Virus record (IMG/VR): IMGVR_UViG_3300021959_007960
Coordinates: 1 to 64,000 of that record
DNA: 64,000 bases
Source of the DNA: a virus
Reading direction: 5' to 3' (one strand)
Each line of letters begins with the position of its first letter. Position 1 is the first letter of the stretch. The notes beneath the pieces were generated by a model. That model did no database searches. It was not told where the DNA came from and worked only from the letters and a program-made list of their open reading frames with translations. Below, piece by piece: positions 38,401 through 46,854 of the stretch. Both the position numbers and the translations under genes were made by a program.

Positions 38401-41049
38401 GGAACTTCAATAATATCTGCATATGAACAACAAAAATTAGAAAGAAAAAAAAGAAGAGAACGCAGAGAGGCGTTGTTTGCTCAAGGTAAGCAAATAGGAA
38501 GCAACATTGTAGGAGCAGTAAAAGACACTGTTTCTACTGCGACTAATCTTGTAGGAGAAGCCTCAAATCTTGTAACAAAAGGAATTGAGTCTTTAGCTTA
38601 CCATAGTCTACCTGCAACTAATGTGACAGGTAAGAGATATGGTAATGATTATGATCCAGCTCAAATTGCTGCCATAAACAGAATGCAAAACAGACCAACT
38701 GATGCTGCTGGTAATACTGCTCGTGTTGAAACTTTTAGAAATACTCATCCTGGTTTAAATGCTAGTAAATATACTAATTTTATAGAAGATGTAAGAGCAG
38801 CTGAAAGTGCTACTAAAGCTGATCTTGAAAAGTTTGGTTCTGATTCAATGACTATGAATTATGGCAAAGGATATAGTATTACACGATACAAAGACGGTAG
38901 AGTAGAAGTAAATGTTCCTACAGCACAACAAGTAGAACAGGCTACCAGTGGTTATTCTACTAATGTTAGAAGTGGAGCGTTTTATGATTATGGTAGTGAT
39001 ACTCCTGATTTGGTAAATCCACTAGTACCAACGTTAGGTATGCCTGGTGCTGTTGGTTCTACGGCTATGGATGCTTCACTTTTTGAACGAATGGGCTATG
39101 CTCAGACATTACTACAAGCATTTGCTGGTTCTCCCGGAGCGAAACCTAGTATGGCAAAAGGCAAGCCGGTAACTCCTCCGTTAAAATCAGTGCCTCTTAC
39201 CAGTAGAATTAGAACAAAGACATTTAGACCTAACGCTCCAGGGACAAGTCAAATTGATGTAGGTGGGGGTAATATGGCAAGAGGTGTACCTCAGCGGCAA
39301 GCTACACTAGCTAGACAGCAAGCTTTTTCTAGAGGACCAGCAGCTCAGAAGATGTACAATCAGTTAAGAGATAATGGCATGCCTCATGACCAAGCTGTTA
39401 TGACAATGCAAAGTCAAGGATTTAATCCTAAGAGTCGTGCTACTGAAGCTAAGTTAATGGAAAACTATGGTTTTGAAGGATTGAAAACACCGACAGCTCA
39501 AAAACCACGTGTAAAACTTCCAGTCTCTCAGTCAGGTCAGTCAGGAGCATCATCATCGGTAGACTTTACCAATGTTCGTGGTGGTCGTCCACAAGGAACA
39601 CAAATCAGCGAATCAGCTGCTATGAGACAAGCCAGACTCGTAGGAGATCCTAGAGGAACAGCAGGTAGCGGATACGGCATGAGACAGACTTTAACAACTT
39701 CTCCAATGTCTAGAAGCGGTTCAGCATCTGAGTCAGCAGCGCGAGAATTGTTTTTGAAATATGGTATAGGTTCCTTGCCAGGTGGTTCAACATCTGTGGC
39801 AGCTAAACCTACAACAGCAGCTAAACCTACAACAGCAGCTAAACCTACAACAGCAGCTAAACCTACAACAGCAGCTAAACCTACAACAGCAGCTAAACCT
39901 GCAAAAACTAGACCACAAATGAAATCATTTGCAGAAGAACGAATGGAGAATTTTGAAAAATTTAGCAAGGACCCTACTTTTACATTATCTGCAGTTCGAA
40001 AAAAATATGGAAGCAGCCAGAAAAAGTCAGAACGTGAGTTTTTAGCTCAGTATGAAAAAATGCCTCGTGTTTTAGATGCGTTTAGAACTTATGGAGCAGA
40101 GAATTACGGTAGATTCCGGTCTGCCTCGAAGAGACCAGAAGCACAGTCTTTCGACAAAGCGTTCACACAGTTTGCACGCGAACAGATACTTAAAGGAGGA
40201 GCTCCTAGAACCGAGAGTGGAGATTATGCTGGAACGGGATATCGAATTGATTCGGGTATTGCGCGTGTGTATGGTCCAGACTCTGCTGGTCGAGGTCGAG
40301 CAATTTTATATGAGATCCCTATGGGTAAAGTAAAAAATCCAGCTAATTTAGAAAAACTATTTAAGACGCAAGGCATTCAGAGATTTGCTTCTGGAGGTAT
40401 TGTTGGAAATTACTTTAACACAGGAGGTCTTGCTAAAGGAACAGATACAGTACCAGCCATGCTTACTCCGGGAGAATTTGTAGTTAACAGAGAAGCTACT
40501 CAAAAAAATAGGGGCTTATTAAGCTCCATAAATAATGGTGTTACATATGCTAACGAGGGAGGAATAATTGGTAATGGAGGAGGCAATGGTGGTGGTATGG
40601 ATTTTTCGGGCTTTATAACCGCTGCTAATACACTAACCCCAAATCTTGCTCTTTTTGCTGAGGCTGCCACAGCATTCTCTAATATAGAATTTGGTGTATT
40701 AAGTGATGTAGGCACTCAATTTCAAGGAGCTTCTAATGCTTTTGGATTAGCTGCTAGGAATTTTGGTGCTCCAGTAACTAAATTTGATAATTCTATTGGC
40801 ATGTTTGTAAATCAAACAAATCAACTTATAGCAGCTATTAGCAATATGGGACAAATACAAGGAACAGTTAATGTGGTAGGAACTATAGCTTTTGCTCCTA
40901 TAGAAGTTAATGTTCTTGGTTTAGACCAGATAGCTGGTTTGATAGGAGGTATTGAAAATAGCGTATTGGCACAAGTTGGTGCGGCACTATCACAAGACAA
41001 TCCAGGTATTTCTGTAAACACTTTAAGCTCAGGTGGATCACTAGCATAA
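32404..41049 (+). CDS. Tape measure protein (modular)
   Basis: 2881 aa; N-terminal TP901-like core; Ala/Gly-rich helices; four GG...LTPGEFV modules. Confidence 0.9.
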   Translation: MAKGYNLTVQLNLQGPNNLSGVVNNINKRLNNIQANVNVKLPTSTLRQIAQVNRNLKQTGKDAANAASGMEKFGKAAGLAVKRFGAFTAATAGFYAITRATQQSLEKFVEFDRQVTRIAQVTNSTKQSLNGLTNEITKLSVSLGASSSELASVAVTLSQAGLSARETQRALKALALTTLAPTFSNLNNTVEGSIALMKQFSISTRQLEQALGSINAVAGSFAVEAGDLITAVQRAGGVFASASKGVATGTEALNQFLAVFTSVRATTRESAETIATGLRTIFTRIQRADTIEALKAFGVTLTDLEGKFIGPFRAIEQLSKGLRTLDPRSLQFSGIVEELGGFRQVGKVIPLIQRFSTAQQALNVAQQGSGSLARDAATGQQALGVQISKVQQQFDALIRSIGQTGEFRQFITLSLDLASALIKVADAIKPVLPALAALGAAKVVGGLGGLAKGFKGGLGFNQGGVVPGSGNFDSVKANLTPGEFVIRKKAVQAIGVDNLYRMNKYAKGGPVKPDSLGSSEIRSRIVRTGKADQYLAGQRINAGDRINLDIKSIPFDGGKVGNTEFEKRVAASLGGTWKGGNAPVDVIAPGYGPIEVRNRSRFTPASELADKLARYKIGTVGDAALSNQMQNDNINLGRIYVAYNTGKLSKQDKEKLTAKGKGIKKLSALPKTKKAAGGAISGQDTVPALLTPGEFVINKGAASRIGSSNLKALNNVDKITGYNNGGFVQRFRGGGMPSDPAWKKRGFKIGGGGGGREPGALDLFVIQGGISAFSAAIGDATKETATAGNALQSLGTAASASIVAFQALKTFGGKRVSGKVAGRAALGIGAIVAFDGIIKTISNTAADFDKKLGQTNFDKALDTASKSLELLAKNGNDAAAAAQLQAQLASAVDSARAVDAAATGSRGSLRQGMMDMVAYVSGTGGAAGISSGMGDTFDVAASRVRANQGITGAFFEFIDPEGFAKQVNAEIAATQDASARRYSAISDMTMQRGLQQVDRGASIEQVSRGLNAEQREAIARSTVAGAKRLDAAGGAGTAAGQDIINQEVTKQLKLTLGPALADRIARNANAAAAQLQVALERTFSKMDQAFSRVAANMDSNFSRAASTLAAGLGKTGIRFDNNQQKSILDNPEAYASNTVKEAIDRVTSNFGPRGSRVGDLAFASTQIGDNIEGIVNRRISGAKPGAEAETIIKGVGADLTNMISGLNLGSDIETTINRQLKEAFKTASKNVAGLSGAERDAALKEEINNIVKNLPALNGALDVVKRGFEVLSSAQKQYSQAVQQISEAIIQRNEYFNRASSIRREGGVALRRGLGENIPITDVIKNVAASVADQTGGVTGIQQLGDNLKNLIARREQIEARRDSLSGTNSPEWKKLTDELGNINVEIDKTRSGLETFANSTEIATAALSEISRIRQRAEEQSAFGERLIGSTPRELGDIQGLIYTLENVASGGSLDLNNSFMAQRAYMESLMSGGNIFEARQAAQQGLANERGGVVSILKELKPFFGEDNKEFNKTYETVMRSFLSSIGMMTPAFEKMFEARRNATDRQQQLIQVYQRATDAQARANEALGQTIPIQQAIVASNQNLAGAMVNLTKAINGMAQRQGFASGGVVYASQGQLVNMQPKGTDTVPAMLTPGEFVVNAQATKKNLGLLQAINAGGTGKTHTDGGVLYAEGGVGPIPGVQGRPQQVFTPEQFYQYYWNQNMQKYGTFMPRMNLRTGRMEMKGTMPLAYQHLAYSQAEAAFFQQDARGRQQARQEQQQKYITGLQTSYMAERKAELKKRFPGATDAQINTFIQNEAQDPAKLYEYQQKKKREHYQYVQAYKAAKFAGQEVPDKMLSQNEYLQREDPPTASSIIGKAKGRPETRGAGGMFAGFDMTNVKSGRPGASRDSDAAQKRHDEKYLYKHRDPATGQLKFTRGNIVGTDSNGNLQIATIDRDGNLTGNTATVQYDNLTPTAKTKAAGKLTTSLIGGAGSAAISGTSGASEFISGVIDTAEGVGTSIISAYEQQKLERKKRRERREALFAQGKQIGSNIVGAVKDTVSTATNLVGEASNLVTKGIESLAYHSLPATNVTGKRYGNDYDPAQIAAINRMQNRPTDAAGNTARVETFRNTHPGLNASKYTNFIEDVRAAESATKADLEKFGSDSMTMNYGKGYSITRYKDGRVEVNVPTAQQVEQATSGYSTNVRSGAFYDYGSDTPDLVNPLVPTLGMPGAVGSTAMDASLFERMGYAQTLLQAFAGSPGAKPSMAKGKPVTPPLKSVPLTSRIRTKTFRPNAPGTSQIDVGGGNMARGVPQRQATLARQQAFSRGPAAQKMYNQLRDNGMPHDQAVMTMQSQGFNPKSRATEAKLMENYGFEGLKTPTAQKPRVKLPVSQSGQSGASSSVDFTNVRGGRPQGTQISESAAMRQARLVGDPRGTAGSGYGMRQTLTTSPMSRSGSASESAARELFLKYGIGSLPGGSTSVAAKPTTAAKPTTAAKPTTAAKPTTAAKPTTAAKPAKTRPQMKSFAEERMENFEKFSKDPTFTLSAVRKKYGSSQKKSEREFLAQYEKMPRVLDAFRTYGAENYGRFRSASKRPEAQSFDKAFTQFAREQILKGGAPRTESGDYAGTGYRIDSGIARVYGPDSAGRGRAILYEIPMGKVKNPANLEKLFKTQGIQRFASGGIVGNYFNTGGLAKGTDTVPAMLTPGEFVVNREATQKNRGLLSSINNGVTYANEGGIIGNGGGNGGGMDFSGFITAANTLTPNLALFAEAATAFSNIEFGVLSDVGTQFQGASNAFGLAARNFGAPVTKFDNSIGMFVNQTNQLIAAISNMGQIQGTVNVVGTIAFAPIEVNVLGLDQIAGLIGGIENSVLAQVGAALSQDNPGISVNTLSSGGSLA
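39799..39900 (+). repeat. Perfect 18-bp tandem repeat (GCAGCTAAACCTACAACA, 5.7 copies) encoding AAKPTT
   Basis: Read directly from the sequence. Confidence 0.95.
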
Positions 41050-41070
41050 TTTAAAAAGGGTATATTAATC

Positions 41071-44000
41071 ATGGCTAATAAATTTTATAATTACAGAGTT
41101 AGAGCAGCACAAACAGCAGCTGCTAACCCTATGCCGCAAGGAGGTACTGGATATTTAGACTTTACCAATACGGGAAGTTATAACCAGTTTGACTCTGTGG
41201 TTAATATCTCTGCTGGCTCGGAAGAAAGATTTGTATATAGAATTACAGCTGCCAGTGAAGCTAGTAAGTATGAATATGGTATAGGATATATTACAAGTGT
41301 TTCTAGCGACTTAAGGCTTACAAGAGAAAAAACATATAGTTCTAGTCAATCTGATAACTCTAGAGTAGCATGGGCCACGGTCGATGGAGCCTTAACTTTA
41401 GACATGATGGTTCCTAACCCTAATTATGTTAGTCGTAAAAGACTTAGTTTCGGAACCTCTGCAACACACAACATACCTAATCTTACCACAACATATCTGT
41501 TAACTGCTTCAGGTAATATGACTTTAAATTTGCCACTAATTGAGAGTAATACAGATTCTGTAGCAATTGACCTAATGATTACTGATTTAAGCGGCAGTCA
41601 GAACTCAAGATCTAATGCAGTTACGCTAGATGCTAGTGGATCAAATACTATTAATAGTACAGGAACGTATGTCCTGACCAAAAAGAATGATCTTGTTAAA
41701 CTTATTTCTGATACTGATAATACTAATTGGATAGTACTAGATCCTGAAAATGATACTGCTGGGTCAGATGGATCAGACGGTGCTGTACAACTTGCTAGTG
41801 GTGGCTCTTTAAGTAGTGATACAGGTTTATTTTTCAAAGATAATGCTTTGTTTATAGGGGGTTCTGGAACATCTGATGCTTCTATACAACTAACAGAATC
41901 AAATGGCGCTACTTTCAACCTACAAAGCGGATCAATAGATTTTGCCGTACATTCTAATGGGGCTGCTAATACTCTGTTTGTTGATGGTTCTACTAACAGG
42001 GTAGGTTTAAGAACAAATTCTCCATTAGATATTTTACATGTAAACACTACAGGTGTTGGTGGAATTATGGTTAGCAATACTGGATCTGGTGGTGTTCCAG
42101 TTGCTACATTCAAAAATAGTGATACTAATTCTACTGATGGCACTGATGTAGGTAGAATAGATTTTATTGGAATAGACAGTGCTTCTAATGATACAACATA
42201 TGTAAGAATTTTAGCAGAAGTAGCTGATGAAACTAATGCCTCAGAAGAAGGACAGTTAGACTTTTTAGTTAACCATAATGGGACCTTGCAACCCGTTGCT
42301 AAATTAACATATGACGATTTAAATATAGGTACTAATAATAGTGTTTCAGGAGGGTTAGTAGTTGGAAGTAGTAATACTAATAAGGGTGAAAATGTAGTTA
42401 TAGGTTTTTCCAATACTAATTGTGGAAATACTAGTATTGCTGTAGGTCATTCTAATACTATTACTAGTGGTAGTTATGGCGGTGCTTTTGGTAAAAATCA
42501 CACTGTAACAGGATCTCATATGTGGTTGTTCGGAGGTTCTGGATTTGATGTTACAGGGAATAACACAACATATTTGGTAGGCAATAGTAATAATTATATT
42601 AAAGTAAAACATGATGATCAAGAAAGAATATGTATTTATGTAGATACTACAGGTACAGATTTTAATATTATTAATAGTAGGGTTTCAACCACAGGTGTTG
42701 AACATAAACAAAATTTTGTATTTAATAATAGTGATGGGGTTTCTAAAACTGGCGTATCTTATGGTATTGAGGTTACCAATCCTGCTAGTGGATCTGAAAG
42801 TACTAAATTCTTTATCCAAACTTTAGAGACCGGTGTGTTAACAGATGTTTTAAGGGTTAGCCCTAATAATGTTAATATTTCTAATGTCTCTGGTTTTGAT
42901 AATTCTGTATTAGTTGGTAATAGTTTAACTATTACTGGAACAGGCAATAATACTGTTGTGGTAGGTATGTCTAATACATTGACCGCTAATAGTGGTAATA
43001 ATGTAGTAGTAGGATATAATAATGAGCTTAGTGCTTCGGGCAATAATAATACGGCCTTATTGGGTAATTCTAATACTGTAGATGAAAATTATACTAGTAC
43101 TGTTGGAACTTCTAATAGAAATAGTGGACTTTATTCTGCTGTTATAGGTTATAATAATGGTATCTATGGAGAAAACATTGGAGCCGTTGGAGTTAATAAT
43201 TCTGTATCTGGTAATAACTCTAGTGTTCTGGGTTATAACAACAATATAGATCATAATAGTGTTTATGTTGTTGGTCAAGGTAATACAGCAGCTTATTCTG
43301 GTGTTACTCTTATAGGTAACAATATTACTGCAACAGGTAGTAATCATACTATTATTAAAAATGATGTTGTTATTATTACGGGAACTACTGTAAGGTTTGA
43401 TGCTAATGTTGAAATTGGAAATAATACAGCAATAAGTAGTGGTGATAATATTAGTGTTCTTACAAATGACGCTGGATATATTACTGGAGAAGCATATGTT
43501 ACTGGTATTACTTATACTACAGGATTAACTTCTGGTCTTCTTGTGCTGTCTCATCACAGTGGCACAACCACAGGCGTATTAACAAACGTAATGCATTCTG
43601 GCACAAAGATTAGTTTTCTTACTAATGATAGTAATTATGTGGCTAGCGGATCTAATGTTAGTCAGCTAACTAATGACTCAAACTATATTGATTCTAGTGG
43701 TTTTGCCGTACCGAAACTAACCTTTACAGTAACTTATGATGGCTTAAATAATAGATATACTGTAAGTGGTGCTGGTACAACAGGTCAAATCAATCCTGAT
43801 TTGTATTTGCACAGAGGAGTCTCTTATGACTTTAAGCATGTTGGTGCAGCTGGTGGAATAACCATAATGACAGGAGCTGGAGGTTTGGGTAATTATGCGC
43901 CTTATAATTTGGGCGTTACAAACAATACTGGCGAAATAGGGGGAACTACTTCGTGGACAGTAAGACATGATACTCCTATTGTTCATGATAGTGGTACAGG

Positions 44001-44100
44001 TCTGTGGAATGTCCCTTCTGCTGCAAATAGTGTTTACATTACTGGTAGATACTTAAATTCAGGTACTCCATCTCAAGGTGGTAATATATTTGTTGTCTAG
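41071..44100 (+). CDS. Tail fibre / adhesin with YadA-head-like repeats
   Basis: Repeated (S/N)..(V/I)G..N units such as NSSVLGYNN; S.LTND..Y repeats shared with 15785-20278. Confidence 0.7.
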   Translation: MANKFYNYRVRAAQTAAANPMPQGGTGYLDFTNTGSYNQFDSVVNISAGSEERFVYRITAASEASKYEYGIGYITSVSSDLRLTREKTYSSSQSDNSRVAWATVDGALTLDMMVPNPNYVSRKRLSFGTSATHNIPNLTTTYLLTASGNMTLNLPLIESNTDSVAIDLMITDLSGSQNSRSNAVTLDASGSNTINSTGTYVLTKKNDLVKLISDTDNTNWIVLDPENDTAGSDGSDGAVQLASGGSLSSDTGLFFKDNALFIGGSGTSDASIQLTESNGATFNLQSGSIDFAVHSNGAANTLFVDGSTNRVGLRTNSPLDILHVNTTGVGGIMVSNTGSGGVPVATFKNSDTNSTDGTDVGRIDFIGIDSASNDTTYVRILAEVADETNASEEGQLDFLVNHNGTLQPVAKLTYDDLNIGTNNSVSGGLVVGSSNTNKGENVVIGFSNTNCGNTSIAVGHSNTITSGSYGGAFGKNHTVTGSHMWLFGGSGFDVTGNNTTYLVGNSNNYIKVKHDDQERICIYVDTTGTDFNIINSRVSTTGVEHKQNFVFNNSDGVSKTGVSYGIEVTNPASGSESTKFFIQTLETGVLTDVLRVSPNNVNISNVSGFDNSVLVGNSLTITGTGNNTVVVGMSNTLTANSGNNVVVGYNNELSASGNNNTALLGNSNTVDENYTSTVGTSNRNSGLYSAVIGYNNGIYGENIGAVGVNNSVSGNNSSVLGYNNNIDHNSVYVVGQGNTAAYSGVTLIGNNITATGSNHTIIKNDVVIITGTTVRFDANVEIGNNTAISSGDNISVLTNDAGYITGEAYVTGITYTTGLTSGLLVLSHHSGTTTGVLTNVMHSGTKISFLTNDSNYVASGSNVSQLTNDSNYIDSSGFAVPKLTFTVTYDGLNNRYTVSGAGTTGQINPDLYLHRGVSYDFKHVGAAGGITIMTGAGGLGNYAPYNLGVTNNTGEIGGTTSWTVRHDTPIVHDSGTGLWNVPSAANSVYITGRYLNSGTPSQGGNIFVV

Positions 44101-44112
44101 AAGGAATTTTAA

Positions 44113-45495
44113 ATGGCTGTTACAGCACAGGGATTAACTTTATACAGACCTACTGCTTCAGTACAAAGAGAATATAGTTATGATTCTGATGGAGAAACTA
44201 TCGGGGTCACAGACAATGTAACTATTCATGATACTGTGCTGTCTGAAGATGCAGATTTAGTACAGACAGCAGATCAGATTATCGCATATGTCAAAGAAGG
44301 TAGTAATAACTTTAGATCTTTAGTATATGGTGCAAATACAGCACAGGGTAGAGTTGCGAGCATTTCTTTTGATTCTAGTTCAGACTATACCAACGTATTG
44401 AAATATTCAATTACTTTTAAAGTCGTTCCTATTAACGCTAGTTTAATATCTAGTTGGAATTTTTCTCCTAGTGATGGTGTTACAGATTTAAGCTATAGAG
44501 AAAGCCTTGATATTCCAAAAGACATAAATTTGATTAGCTTGCAATCAGGAGGAAGTTATTGGAATAATTATAACACATATACTTTTGAAGCATCTGTATC
44601 ATGTCAACAAGTAAATAGTAACACTAATTCGCAAGACCTAGCAAAAGCAGCTTTAAACCAAATCAAAGCTATTATTCCTGACAGGATAGCAAAACTTATA
44701 GATACAGAAGGAACAAAAAATTATCTTAATATTTCAGAAAATTCATCTAAAGAAGGCACTGCTAGCATAAATATTTCTGCTGCGATTGTACCGGATGGAT
44801 CAAGTAGTGGTACTACTATTATTAGTAGTGAAGAACAGGGAATAGAAAAGATTAATACTCCACAAGAATATGAAAAACTTACTTACAAAGTAACATTTAA
44901 AACATTAGAAAATATGAGTATTGATCCTCTTGGTGGTATTGCTGTTGAAAGTACAAGAAGTGCGGCTGAAAGTCTAGCTCAAGGAGTAGTGAATTATTAT
45001 AATGGACCTCTTACGCCCTCTAGTACTCCTCCTGGAAAAACTATTGTTTGTGTAACAGCTTTGCCTAAGCTACCTGCGGGCAGTTGTTTTAATGTTACAT
45101 CAGCAGGTGTAGATGTTGATCATGCTGGAAAAACTGCTACAGCCGTTATAGAATCTAGTACAGAACCTCAAAATTGTGATGGAGATGGATATAAAGTAGA
45201 ACATAGAACTAATCATATAAAAAATAAAAAATTACATGTTGAATTATTTGGATGGGGTGTTCCAAACACTATTGTTCAAGACCTTCAAAGTAAATCAGCA
45301 GATGTTAAAGAGTATAATGTTCAAGTAAGTAGTGCGTCCAAATGCTTAACAAGTGAGCTTAAAACAAAAGCAGAAACTAAATTTAATGAGATTAAAGATG
45401 GTAGTGGTACTATTATTAAACATAATATAGTAGTTAGTAATGGTAGATGCACCATTACTGCGACAGAATTTTTAGGACAACCAGATACATTATAA
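44113..45495 (+). CDS. Tail tip / distal tail component
   Basis: Beta-rich; follows the tape measure; paralogous to the next gene. Confidence 0.5.
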   Translation: MAVTAQGLTLYRPTASVQREYSYDSDGETIGVTDNVTIHDTVLSEDADLVQTADQIIAYVKEGSNNFRSLVYGANTAQGRVASISFDSSSDYTNVLKYSITFKVVPINASLISSWNFSPSDGVTDLSYRESLDIPKDINLISLQSGGSYWNNYNTYTFEASVSCQQVNSNTNSQDLAKAALNQIKAIIPDRIAKLIDTEGTKNYLNISENSSKEGTASINISAAIVPDGSSSGTTIISSEEQGIEKINTPQEYEKLTYKVTFKTLENMSIDPLGGIAVESTRSAAESLAQGVVNYYNGPLTPSSTPPGKTIVCVTALPKLPAGSCFNVTSAGVDVDHAGKTATAVIESSTEPQNCDGDGYKVEHRTNHIKNKKLHVELFGWGVPNTIVQDLQSKSADVKEYNVQVSSASKCLTSELKTKAETKFNEIKDGSGTIIKHNIVVSNGRCTITATEFLGQPDTL

Positions 45496-45507
45496 GGAGA
45501 AAATGTT

Positions 45508-46854
45508 ATGCTATCTATTGGTATTGGATTAAAACCCGCACCTGACTTTAATATTGAACCAGAATTTTTCTATGCTGGTCAAGACGTTATTGGTGGTGTT
45601 ATAAAGTTAACATTAAGTGGTACTCATTATGCAGACAGTGTGACTACATATGAAACTATGAGCGATACTATTCTTTCTCTTAATGGTGTTTGTCGTACCC
45701 TACAAAGCTTAGGCACTTGTGGAGGAACTTTAGGTGAGTTAGTAGGAAGTGTAGGTTTTATAGAGTCTGCTTCAACATCTGATACTGATTCTCCTTTAAA
45801 TCTTGGGTATACTATTGTTATGGTTTTTACTCATAGCAGTAGTGGTCGAACTCCTTTTATAGAGCCAAGTAGTGCTTATACAGGTATGCAAGGCAATTTA
45901 ATATTAACTAATTATTCTAAATCAGAATCTTTAGACGCAAGTTCTTTATCTACTTTTGTTTTTCAAAGCAGCGGTAAATTATTGGCTACTCAAGGAGAAT
46001 ATAATGTAGAATGTTCTGTTGGTGTTTATGCTAGTGATAGGTGTGATAGTGGTGGTGCAACAAACAAAAAACAAAATATCAAGACATTTTTAGATTCTCA
46101 AACAGGTTTCGATAGAAATTTTAAGATTCCAAGTGGATTTACTAGATTTTTAATTAATGAGAAAGTTTCTATTGGTGAAAATGGTGGTTCTATAAGTAAA
46201 AAATATATTATAGCTCCCTCTAACAGTGTTGCTGTAGTAACGCTTAATAGATCTAACAGGACAGATCAGATTACCGGTATAGCTAAATTAAATATTCAAG
46301 GAAATATTACAGGATTAAGATCTTTTGCTGATGCTCAAACGGTGTATAGTAAAATATCTAATATTGACAGTGTAGCTACACAGGATTTATTAAGTAGTAC
46401 TTGTGGAGATAACACCCCTTTACCTTTGGATTTATGTAGAATACTATCGTCTTCAAAAAGAATAGACAATCAAGCTCAAAGAAGTATTGCTTTTGATTTT
46501 ACTTATTCTGATGTAGAAAAGTGTGTGGCTCAAGGATATCAAATTGTTACAGAATATTCAGAAAATAAAGATGTTCATAAAATTGCAGAATATCTTGTTC
46601 CAGGAAAAATTGATTCTATTGTTTTTAAAAGTGCTGGTAAAACAGCTAGGAAAATGAAATTAAAAGTTACTGGAAGAATTACAAGTTGTAACGAAGATTT
46701 TGTAAGTACGGTTGAGGGTGGAGTAAGAACAGAGTTTAACACACAAAAAAATGATTTAGGGTTACTTGGTGGTAACGTAATTAGAATATCAGAAGGTGAA
46801 GAAACGGGCAGATATAGTTTTAGCAAAACAGAGGAATATATAGAGTGTGCATGA
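45508..46854 (+). CDS. Tail tip / distal tail component
   Basis: Similar length and terminal motifs to 44113-45495. Confidence 0.5.
   Translation: MLSIGIGLKPAPDFNIEPEFFYAGQDVIGGVIKLTLSGTHYADSVTTYETMSDTILSLNGVCRTLQSLGTCGGTLGELVGSVGFIESASTSDTDSPLNLGYTIVMVFTHSSSGRTPFIEPSSAYTGMQGNLILTNYSKSESLDASSLSTFVFQSSGKLLATQGEYNVECSVGVYASDRCDSGGATNKKQNIKTFLDSQTGFDRNFKIPSGFTRFLINEKVSIGENGGSISKKYIIAPSNSVAVVTLNRSNRTDQITGIAKLNIQGNITGLRSFADAQTVYSKISNIDSVATQDLLSSTCGDNTPLPLDLCRILSSSKRIDNQAQRSIAFDFTYSDVEKCVAQGYQIVTEYSENKDVHKIAEYLVPGKIDSIVFKSAGKTARKMKLKVTGRITSCNEDFVSTVEGGVRTEFNTQKNDLGLLGGNVIRISEGEETGRYSFSKTEEYIECA

Noticed and set aside
39799-39900. CRISPR array
   Set aside because: It is a spacer-less, in-frame tandem repeat. 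No repeat-spacer array or cas gene was seen in the window.
40200-40380. ADP-ribosyltransferase domain in the tape measure insert (…IARVYG…AILYEIP…)
   Set aside because: The resemblance is superficial; no clear STS motif or catalytic ExE follows.
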